64,000 bases of DNA from Octopus vulgaris (lineage: Eukaryota). Below the pieces are notes generated by a model. The model was not told where the DNA came from. It was given only the letters and a program-made list of their open reading frames with translations, and ran no database searches. Each line of letters starts with the position of its first letter. The first letter of the stretch is position 1. Shown here piece after piece: positions 1-11,091 of the stretch. The position numbers and the translations under genes were made by a program. The stretch is taken from assembly GCA_951406725.2 (NCBI GenBank), contig OX597822.1:18662001-18726000 (forward strand), read 5' to 3'.

Positions 1-429
1 AAAACTGCAGGCATTACTGGAAAATTTTACTGAAAAGTAGACATTTGATTACAGAAACATCTGAAGAATGAAGAACTCTTGGAATGTTTTGTTTTCTCCT
101 CCTTTTCTCTTCTTTTTTTAAAAAAAAAATCCACATTATGCACTACTAGCAATTGAATAATAGAAATGAAACCATCTGCAGCCATGCCATAGTTCTGGTG
201 ATAATCGTTATAACCTGCTAAACTAATCAGCAGATGGAATATCATCGTCTGGCAACAAAAACAATTACCATTGGTTCTTCTCTGAAAGGAAATTAAACCA
301 CTAACTTTAAAAAAGTACCAACACTACTGTCTCTTCTCTCACTCGACTACAACAGTTTCTGCTTTTCATAATGGAGTTAACGTTCTACAAGCTCACAATT
401 AATATCTCTCTCTCTCTCCCTCTCAAAGT

Positions 430-722
430 GTTAGTAAGTAGGAGAGAGCAGACAAATCACAAATCCCTTCAGGTAGATGACCCTGCTCAATCTGTAGGAA
501 AGGCATTGGTGGTAGAAACTCCATAAGATGTATCCAGTGCAAGTTATGGACGCATAAGAGGTGCAGCAATATCAGAGGACGGTTACTTGGGAAAATAGCT
601 TTTATTGTGTGGACGGTGCACAGGTATGATAAACATCAAAACTATACAGAAGATAGACTCCATCAGCTGCCAGGGGTATAAGCTAGAGGTAGTAGATAGC
701 TTCTGTTACCTAGGTGACCCAA
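430..722 (+). mobile_element. RTE-clade LINE fragment (PHD-finger/post-RT segment), degenerate
   Basis: Colinear with about 29190-29462 of the long RTE copy (PCSICRK..GRNSIRC..CKLWTHKRCSN...CGRC...VDSFCYLGD), with stops and frameshifts. Confidence 0.85.
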
Positions 723-3667
723 GAGAGAGAGAGGTTCTACCTTAGTGCCATAAAATTTAATCCACATTTATTTGAAATTACATGTAAATTAACCCTTTTG
801 CTTAAGATTCTACTACAGGAATGTAGAACCAATGAGAGGCCTCTACATAGTCACATGACTTGCTCAATACAAGTGGCTAATGTTTTTCCCCAGGTTCTGC
901 TGTAGAAATGTGAAGCCAACACATTCACTGCATTCCTAGTAGACTTCCACTCATCTCAGTCAGCCTTGCTATTGATGCAGGAAGTCAGGGATGAGATAGT
1001 GAGGCTGGTCAGTTTATGCAATCTCCCCTCCTTGTAACACAAGATCATCTCAAGTCAGATCTCATCCCTCACACAACAAAATTCTACACCTCCTGAATTC
1101 TCAAGATGTTTCTCAAAGGCAGAGGGATGGTTCACATTTGCAGATACTGTTATAAAGAAAAGAAAACTTGGTTTGAATAATTCTTCAGTTTAACTTCCAC
1201 TTTAGCATGTTTGCATGAACCAGATGGAATTCATGGAAGCAAATTTATTCCTACGAATTTATTGAAACTTTATCATGATCATGATAATCTTCTTGTTAAA
1301 AGAGAAGACAAGAAAACCGAGAGTCATGCATTATGCTTATAAATAGGAAGAGTCAGACATAGTGCCTTTTAGTATTTGCCCCCAGTTTCTCTGGCCTTAG
1401 TTCAAATCCCGTTTAGGCCAACTTTATACGTCCTCATTTTGTGACAATAAAGTGCCATTCTACAGAAGTAGACTGGTAGATTTGTTCTGGTGGCAGAAGA
1501 GGTGTTTTGCAATGTTTATTGTGACTCTTTGCTTTCTGGGTTTAAATTCTGCCTCTGATCAGCAGCTTCCACCTGGTGGGAAATAAGTTCTTCAGAACTC
1601 TGAGATATGTGTTTCAAGCTAAGACATTTATGTCTCAATGGTTCAGTTCATCCTGACTGTCAGTAAAGAATGTAGAACAGCAGAAATTCATACTTCACTA
1701 CTGGTACCACTTGGCAATCACAAGGGTTTGGATTCAATCCCACCATATGGCATCTTGGGTTGATTTCTTTCACTATAAGCCTTGGATTGAGCCAAGTCTT
1801 GTGAATGAAATTGGGTCAATGGAAACAGTAAGGAAGCAGATCAAGTAGATTGTACTTGTGAGTTGAAAGGGTTGGTCAGCCATGTTAGTCTGTGTCACAA
1901 TGATTTTCCCCAAGAAATATCATAAGGGACACATGTCTATGGAATACTCAGCTACTTCCAATCAACTTCAATGAGAAGATCATTCTGTTAATTAAACATT
2001 TGGACTGAGGTAACAATGATGGACTCCCTAACGTCAAATGGACAAATGCACCAATTGCTGCAACGTTTTTCTTACAACCCATGTCAGCATTGAAAACAGA
2101 CATTAAAGGAGGAGTAGGAGGAGGAAGAGGAGGATCTTGTAGAAATTAGGATAAATTTCTGCTTTGTATGAGGCCTAAGCTGGATCGTACATGGCATTTG
2201 TATTCACCCTTGTTAGCAGCTTTGTTGGAGATCAACAGTGCATTGGATGAGCATCATAAAATCCAATGTTCATTGAGAACTACAAGAGATCAGTTTCCAA
2301 AATTACAAGATACCTGTTAACACAGACTGTCATGAAGTTTAATTCATTCATCCAGAATAAATTGTGTCAGACTTGTTCAAATAAGTTACATATTATGCAA
2401 GACAGAACCATTCAGACTCTTGCTTGCATTTAGTTGCCAGACACTTTTCTCGTGTGTAATCTCAAGATATATAATTGAAGAGTACAGCAATTACTTATGT
2501 TTCAACACTGTCCAGGATTTTTTTCTTTTCCTTTTCTTTACTTTTTCTCTATTTGTGTTTATTTGTTTCTCCTTCTTTCTTTTCTTCTTTTCCCATCAAG
2601 TTATGTAGGAACAGGCTATTTATTGCCTCAAGATATCATAGATGAAAATAAATAAGTAAAAAAGTATAGAATCTGTTGATTCTTTACGTTAAATGCTTAA
2701 TTGTTAAAAAACAGAAATAAAAAATGAGTTTTAAAAAATGCAAATATTCCTGAAAAAAATAGTAACCTTTCATTTCATGACATGAAATTCTCATGTTTTA
2801 TTTTATGTCTCTGCATTTTCAATGAGGAAGGCAGACTTTCTCTCCTGCCAGTCTTCTTTTACAATATCTTCATCATTTTTCTGTACTTACAAAATATAAA
2901 ATAGTTCTATAGATAAGTTGTACCATATCACAAAGTTTGCATGACATCATGACAGAGTGCAGACTGTATCTGGCTGTCTACATTCAAAGTGCTTTATTGA
3001 ATTATCAACACTCCAGAATTTCAATGCTAAAACTTAGGATTTGAGAAAAAGGTAGATATGAACATAAAACAAAAGACTAGCACGGCATCTTCCAAGATGA
3101 CCCACTTGCCAATATCATTTGACAAAAAGCCTAAAATATTGCAGATTTCTCTAAGTGATGGTGAAATCTTCATGCTTTCTGAGCCTAATCATGCAAGAAC
3201 TAATATAATATTGTGAAAGTGTTAGAGTGTTCAGTTAACACATTGGAAAAGTGATGCTATCCAAAGGAATACAGCTCATCTATCTGGGATGGTTCTGCTG
3301 CAGACAGCCAAGACTATTTTTAAAAATTAGAAAGACATCCAATTGGTTGACGTGCTGCCCATTGCCAATACATTCCTACCATTGGCCTCCTCCCCACAAC
3401 TGTACTATTCCCTCACTTTCCCCACAACTATCAACTACCAGTTGATCTAGACAAATATCAGTTGTGTCTTGCTAGTCTTGGTGAACTTGTGAGGGCCAGG
3501 GGTAGAAACCCCTCCAACAGATTGAACTGTTAAAAAAGAAAAAAGATAATCAAGATACAAACTTAAGAATTAATATTTCAATAATTACTTTTGGGTTGTC
3601 TGCCTGATACCCTTGTGGAGATAAATTGCACCAAACTCTATCTTGTTTACATTATAATTGATGAGGA

Positions 3668-3752
3668 GCTTGGTGCAGCCGCTGGCTCTCCAGACCTCAT
3701 TCAAACCGTCCAACCCATGCCAGCATGGAAAACGGACGTTAAACGATGATGA
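3668..3752 (+). mobile_element. RTE LINE 3'-end fragment
   Basis: aaccgtccaacccatgccagcatggaaaacggacgttaaacgatgatga matches the 3' terminus of the RTE at about 30430-30478. Confidence 0.75.
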
Positions 3753-3956
3753 GGTATAAGCAGTGTGGTTAAAAAGTATGTTTCCCAAGGGCATGGTTTT
3801 AGGTTCAGTCTCACAGCACAGCACCTTGGGCAAATGTCCTTTAGCTTAGATCTGGTCCAACCAAAATCTTGTCAGTGGATATGGTAGATGGTAACAGAAA
3901 GAATTTCATTGTGTATATACATAATTTACACACATATATATAATATATATATATAT

Positions 3957-4176
3957 TCAATATGTGACCTCGTGAGTACCGCTGGCGATTTTTTTCCCTC
4001 TGTCTTCCCTTCTCGGGATCTTTCCTTCTCCTCTGCTTCCAACGAAGAGCTCCGCTCGAAACGTTAAACCTTCCTTCTTCCCTTCTTTCCTGAGTGTCCA
4101 ATAATACTTTATTTGTTCCATGTCTTCGCGTTGCTGTGTTTTTTTTTTTTTTTTGTGTTTTCTTGTTTGGATTAAC
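3957..4176 (+). mobile_element. Short TA-flanked non-coding element carrying a hammerhead-like motif (Penelope pLTR-derived?)
   Basis: About 220 bp CpG-containing block bounded by (TA)n on both sides; contains the motif at 4035-4069. Confidence 0.55.
4035..4069 (+). ncRNA. Minimal hammerhead-ribozyme-like motif, degenerate core
   Basis: GCTT-CCAACGA-A-GAGC-TCC-GCTC-GAAA-CG-TT-AAAC. Stem II is GAGC/GCTC, stem III is the palindrome AACGTT, stem I pairs 3 of 4. Core CUGAnGA reads CCAACGA. Confidence 0.55.
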
Positions 4177-4795
4177 TATATATATATATATATATATATA
4201 TAAATATATATGTATATATATATGTGTGTGTGTGTGTATGTGTGTATATATATGAATGCGCGTGTATGTATGTATGTATGTAAGTAAGTGTGTGTGTATA
4301 TGAACTTGTGTGTGTTTATTTGCAATTCCTCTACTTTGAAAATCAGTGGTTACAAATGGTGACATTATTGACATTTTCTTTGTTAACTAATCATTTGCTG
4401 GCTGAGCACTTTAGGAGATGTGAGGAACATAAAATCACTTAGTTGAAAAACAAGCAAGGGTTAGTGAAAGGAAGGGCATCCATCTATAAAACAATGGCTC
4501 AGTATTATATTTGTCTAACCTATGCTACCATGGAAAAATTATTAATGTTTGGCGAGTTGAAAAAGAGGGGATTGAATCCTTATGAGTTGCCTTTAGGATG
4601 GGAAACCTTACCAGGCATAACCTTCACTGTCTTGCAATGAAGGATTTATTGTTTATCTGTCTTCTCCAAACACTGCAATACATCACTGCAAGCAAGAACA
4701 CTTATATGTCAGTGGTCCAGTTCACCTGAACAGCAATTAAACAATGTAGAGCAGTAGAGATTCAAACTACATCACTGTTAAGTGTTTTGTTAGTT

Positions 4796-4860
4796 TACAG
4801 GTGTAGATAAATGGTAAAGAAATTCTACAGGTGTAGACAAATGGTAAAGAAATTCTATAG
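4796..4860. repeat. 30-bp tandem duplication
   Basis: tacaggtgtaga(t/c)aaatggtaaagaaattc occurs twice. Confidence 0.85.
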
Positions 4861-6539
4861 GTAATCATAAGACTCCAAATTCAGTTTCAATGCAAAGCAA
4901 CTTGCACGAATGTCTTTTACTATAGCCTGGAGTCCACCCAAACTTTACAAGTGAATTGGGTAAATGGAAACGGTTTGAAAGTCTGCTGGATAGAATGTAC
5001 TTGTCATTTCAGAAGTTCATGTTTCTTCAAGCTGGATGCTGTATACCACCTTTTTATCTCTTCCTTTTGTCAAAAATATTTTCTCCATCCCCACCTTCAC
5101 CTCTAACTCCATTAATTATTGTATTATTTACTTCACCGATCCCTTCTTCCCCAGAACATTATCTCTTTGGAATTCCTGTACTGCCCACAATGTGTGTGTG
5201 TTTTGGGTGGGTGGTGCAGGGTTTTTCTCTGCAACCATCAACTGAATCAACTTCAGTAATGCCAGTAAGTGTTGTCACAATGTGTCAGACTGATTTTCCA
5301 GGAGAATTCCATTAATGGTACACATATCCATCAAATATCCAATCACAAACATTCTAGTTTAATAAGAACATTCCGTTCATGAAAACATTTGGAACAGTCA
5401 TATTCAAAAACCAATGAAGACCTCTGATTAGATGTTTTGCAGCACTGAGCCAAGAATATTTTATTCATCTCAGACAAAAGATAATTCCTGAAATATCAGA
5501 ATCCTCTTCTCTTCACAGCATACTAACTTATTCAGTTCACAAACAGCATTGCCCCCCCCCCCATAAGGACCCCCAGTAAACTGCTTTGCCCTAACATACA
5601 CCATACAACCACAACAATGTTGAGGTGTGTCCTGACAATCCATTAAGACCAAATCTATGGTACCATATTTATTCTATTTAGAGCCGCTCGACATTTTTGG
5701 TCAGTGGGGATATTAAACATTACTGCTAACTTAATATAATCTTGTTCTGTACACATTTCCATTATTCATGACCATGCCAAATTGTCATTATATTCCTCAC
5801 ACATACGCAGCATGAATATTAACCTTCTAATCAGCTGTCGTAGTTTCTTACATACATTTCATCCTTCACCACTCATTGATTTTTCAGACTGGTTAAAGGA
5901 CCAGCTGCTTACTGACTTAAGTATCAATCTATTTATTTCATTGATTACAAAATTCCATAGGGACCAGCATGTAATTGAAGGTAGCTTTCTGCAATAAAAG
6001 CCTGATAGTTATTCCCCTCGCAGCTGGCTAAACTAAAGTAACGCATGATTGAATGTCCTTCCCAGAACATTCAATCATGTGTCACAACATAACATTTGCA
6101 ATGGATGTAAATTCTTGGAGCAAGAGTTTATAGTCTAGAAGTTTACTCATTCAGTTATTTTGCTTTTAATTACTGATTTAGAGAAGATGCATGATTGAGT
6201 AGTAAGGCAACTGGACTCTCAGACATAATGTTGTGAGTTCAATTCTCTGTTTATGAGTGTTGTATTGTCTGTAGGCAAGGAACTTAACTGCATGTTTTGT
6301 GCCTGTCTCCTCAACTGGAAAGAAACAGAATTAAAAGAGAATGCCCAGTTGACATCAAGCTAGTGTCATAACCCCAAACCTTCAGGCCCAAAGAGTGATA
6401 CGTCCAGCAGTGAACTGCCATATCCAATCTTTACCATTTTTTTTACTGATTCTACTATCATTAATTGAACCACATGGAAATCTTTTTTTTTTTACTTTTT
6501 TTGATGAGAAACATTAATTTACATAGCATTATTCTTATA

Positions 6540-6750
6540 GGAAGCTGACAGAATCATTAGAACATTGGCCAAAATGCTTAGCAGCATTTCTTCCAGCTCT
6601 TTATGTTGTGAATCCAATTCCTTCCAAAGTCAACTTCCTCTTTCATTCTTTTGGGGTTGATTAAATAAAGTATCAGGCAAGGACTGGAAGTGATGTAACT
6701 GACTTACCCCTTCCCCTCAAAACTGCTAGCCTTGTTTCAAAATTTGAAAC
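6540..6750 (+). mobile_element. Degenerate SINE (family of 61187-61417)
   Basis: gctgacagaatcattag...aatgcttagc...tttcattcttttggggttgattaaataaagta parallels the younger copy. Confidence 0.65.
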
Positions 6751-7162
6751 CATTATAACTCGTTAAAAATAGTTAATGATTTTAGCATTGATTAGGTTTC
6801 ATTAGGAAGAGAATGCAGCTGAAAACCACTTGCCACAATAATTCAAGTATATCACCATTGTGATTGGCATGTCTGTGTCCACTTTTTCCATGCTAGCATG
6901 GGTTAGGCAAAACTTCTTGAGGCAGTATTCTACCACTAGACACTCTACTGATTCCAGTGAGGAACTGTATTCCATATTTTTATATGATTGACTTGCCAAG
7001 TTACCAGACATTTTGTTTATGCTAGAAATAATGAATGTCACAATTGGCACAATTGCTCAAATGGCTCCATTTTCCTCTGTAAACATGCAGAGGTAAACAG
7101 ACACATACATGCACACACACACGTGTGTGTGTGTGTGTTTATATATATATATATATATATAT

Positions 7163-8150
7163 TGATATGGAGGTCAGTTCGGAAACTGAGTGCTACGACC
7201 CACTTTTGTGATTTGGTGTCAGGGAGACGGGTAGACCTTTTGTCCTGTCGGTTTTTGGGGAGGTTTATGTATTCGGAAGAGACCTTTGGCCCTGTTCCAG
7301 TCAAGGAAAGTTTGAGAAACCACCCCTTTAAAATGCGACGCACTGTGAGCTTGCGGTCAGTCGGAGTCAGTCGTCAGTCGGGAACAGCGCGAGTCAGCAG
7401 CTGGCAATGGGGCAGTTTTGGCCAGTGACAGGAGTGATACGGATGGTCAGCCAAGAAGGTGGCAATGGCGAAGGCAACTACATCGTTGAGAAAGACAGAC
7501 AGACAGTGAGAGGACTGAGAGCGAGAGAGAGGGATTACGGCGGATAGAGGGCAGTGGCTATTATGGTAGGAGTTTCTGAAATTGTTGCAGACTGGAAAGA
7601 AACATTCGGTAAAGTTTTGTTTGTGTCTTTTGGTTGTTGTATTTTGATGTGAAATGTAAAAGAAAGAATTGATGTGTTAAAAAAAAAAGGGGAAAGAACT
7701 GTGAATTAAGGAAAAGAGGAAGAAAAGAAATGAGATTATGGCGTAAATTGTGAACTGTGTTGAAAAAAGAGAAAGAGAAAGACTTTAATGTATCATGAAC
7801 ATTATTTGATTGAACTGTTCTGATTTGTCTCTGAACTGTATCTGCATGCTTTGATTTTGTTGATTCTGCTGCATGTATTTTCTTTGATGTATTTGATGTT
7901 GTAATGATTGTCATAAACTGTTTTTAAATGTAAGCCAATTGCCTTCCGCCGTGTCTCTGTATCTCTTCCTGCTGTTGTTGTTCTCTCCAGTCGCCGGTTC
8001 GTATCCGTTGCCCCCCCCTCCCCCCGCACCAAGTCCTCTCTTTCTGTGTGGCGAATTCTCCGTTCGATTGGGCCGGTCAATCGTCGTCACTCGACTTGGT
8101 AGGGTCCCGGGTTTCCGAAGAGTTTGGGCGACGGCAGGTGGTACGTAACA
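7163..8150 (-). mobile_element. Putative solo LTR (988 bp) inserted in a (TA)n microsatellite
   Basis: TG...CA termini (minus strand TGTTACG...ATATCA), ATAT on both flanks, CpG-rich relative to its surroundings, no credible coding capacity. Strand is tentative. Confidence 0.6.
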
Positions 8151-8515
8151 ATATATATATATATCCCTGAATGGAGGGATTGTATATTCAATTTACTCAA
8201 TGAGTTTCCATGCAGTTATTATTTATCAAATTCTCTTCATAGGGCATTGGTCAACTCAGAGTTGTAGAAGAAGATATCCCCCCCAAAAAGCCATACAGTG
8301 AGGTCAAGCCTAAAACCTCGTGGTTGCAAAGAAAAATTTTTAATCACATGGCCATGTCTTCACCTTTTAACTTTGAAGAGCCAATCCAAACCATGCTGGT
8401 TTCAAAAACTCATGTAACAATTATATTCAGTCTTTTCACTTCATTTCATTTCTTTATTCATCATCCTTGCTTATATCATTCATTCAATGGCTTTCATTCA
8501 GATGTAGGTTTTATA

Positions 8516-9937
8516 GCATAACTACAGATTCCTGCCCCCCCCCCCGATTTTTGGATGTTCATAACTTTCAGAAAATTGGATATGTTTTAATGAAATTTTC
8601 TACTACTATGTGTTATATCATGTAGATTCCGAATATACAAAACTTATGGGGGAAAGTGTTTTAGGAGGGGCTGGGGCGGGGAAATTTCACCGGTGTCCAC
8701 TTCAATTCGTCTTAACTTTCCAGAAAATAGATATTTTTAATGACATTTTCTATAAATATACCTCGGACTATGTAGCTTCCGAGAACATAAGAATTTTGGG
8801 GGAAAACAATTGGGGGTTACTTTTGAGGACCGTTCCCCACTCGAGGAACGCATAAAACGGAGAAAATGAAATTCATTTTTTCTGTTCTGTGCGTTTGTGC
8901 ATCCGTAGATTTCGACTGACACCGCAGGCAATGAAGCTGTCACCAGGAAACTCGTTATGCTAAAAATACCAGCTAAAGGTCCAAACGTTTCTAACAGAAA
9001 GACACTGAATGGAATAATTCTCCGTTTGAACTTTTTTAATTATATATATAGGATCGGATCTTTTCTTTTTGAAGGCCAGATTTTCCTAGTTAACTAAAAA
9101 ATTTGAAACTTCGTATACTGGTAGAATGTGTCAAAAGAAAACATTATTGTAAATGAAATTGAAAACAAAATTGTTATTCATAACTTAAACGTAGTTTAAT
9201 TTTTACGAATTTTAACCAATGAAATCCCAACATCTTCGAATTTTAACCAATGAAATCCCAGCATTGCTGCGTTATCGATATTGATAAAGAAATATAGCAG
9301 ACGCACCACACAAACATTTGCACGAGCACATAGTAATTAATATATAAGCGTACACACACATACAAACGGACATATACATATACGCACACAAGCAAAAATA
9401 CACGTTTTGCCACTTGCCGCAACAAATTTGCACAAAAGGTAAATAAACCAGAATGTTTCATCGTTTCGGGGTCGTTTTTAGCATAACGAGTTTCCTTGTG
9501 ACAGCTTCATTGCCTTCGGCTTCAGTCGAAATCTACGGATGCACAAACGCACAAAACGGAGAAAAAACAAAACATTGACGACTTGTTCCGAAACACACCC
9601 GAGTGGGGAACGGTTCCCAAAAGTAACCCCCAATTGGTTTCCCCCAAAATTCCTATGTTCTCGGAAGCTACATAGTCCGTGGTATATTTATAGAAAATTT
9701 CATTACAAAATATCTATTTTCTTGAAAGTTAAGACGAATTGAATTGGACTCCGGTGAAATTTCCGAATTTCCCCGCCCCAGCCCCTCCTAAAACACTTTC
9801 CCCCCATAAGTTCTGTATATTCGGAATCTACATGATATAACACATACTCGTAGAAAATTTCATTAAAACATATCCAATTTTCTGAAAGTTATGAACATCC
9901 AAAGTCGGAGTGGTGGGGCATGAATCTGTAGTTATGC
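8516..9937. mobile_element. Non-autonomous foldback DNA transposon with about 450-bp terminal inverted repeats
   Basis: 8516-8966 is the reverse complement of about 9475-9937 (gcataactacagatt... / ...aatctgtagttatgc; aggaaactcgttatgctaaaaa / tttttagcataacgagtttcct). Confidence 0.9.
9056..9265. mobile_element. One-arm fragment related to the GGATC-terminal foldback MITE, nested in the 8516-9937 spacer
   Basis: ggatcttttc...aacttcgtatactggtagaatgtg...ttttaaccaat matches 13499-13680. Confidence 0.7.
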
Positions 9938-11091
9938 CGGTTAAATTATTATTTACATCATGATCTGACAATGAAGTTTTTTTGGCTTTTTTACAGCCGG
10001 TGTGTTTGTGTAACGCTACTTTTATATGTTTCCTATTTGGAAATAGATAATAAATATATTTTATTTTCGAAGAAGGAATCTATATTGATAAACACGTCAC
10101 TTATAACTTACTTATTATAAGCTACATAAACGCCATGGCCAGAAATATATACTCTGAAATGCTAACGGACATTTTTTGCGTGCGTGTATGGCGAAGATAA
10201 ATAAATTCGTGTTCTTTTAACCGCCATAAAAAAATACAGTCATAATTGCAGAAATAAATTTCACTAACAAGGTGAAGAAAGAGAAAATAATTACTACATT
10301 AGTTTTTTTAGCATTTATAGTACAATTGGAAAGTAAAGTCATTTTGTCGTAGAGAATTACGATTTAAAATCCACACTAAGCTAATCCCTCATACTAACGA
10401 CTAGAGTTCACAACAGTTCAAATAAGTCTTGTTGGATTTTTAGACATGGCGTAAAAAAATAGCCAATGTGTCAAGGAGTGAGTGTCATGGAATGTAGTAA
10501 CATCCAAATATAACTGAGTAATTTCCCCAAAATCAGGGATTTTATAACTGCTCATATCCGAATTCTAAGAACCGTATTTCATGAAAGATTTCATTGACGA
10601 AAGTTTAGAATTCGTATCTGGGCAGTCATTTTAACCAATAGCATTACCAACAATTATGCTTGTTCTTCGGGCAGACGACCATTACGCAATATTGCCGCCT
10701 TTTGTGACTTGATACACATTTAAGAAGACTGATGGAGATAGAAAGGTTAAGTCAATGTTTTTTCAATTTGTTTCCTGCCAACTATGCCTTGGATGTTGTA
10801 CAATTGTCATAAACTTTTCAAATAAATAGAATAGGATGTCTGTATTCTTATGTGTAGTCTAGTTCCAGGTCTTAATATTCTTCATGATAAAGCACAAAAG
10901 TTAAATGATGAAGTTAAAACAGATTACACTAACAATAATTTTTTTAATGATGGTAATTACACATAGTATTAATGAAGCATTATTTAATTTCAATGTCTCT
11001 CCTTTTGATCATGTGTTTCAGTTCTAGTAACTCAAAAGCTGTCCATTTCAATCATTTTATAGTTCAGCACTTCCTTTCACAGAAAGGCATA

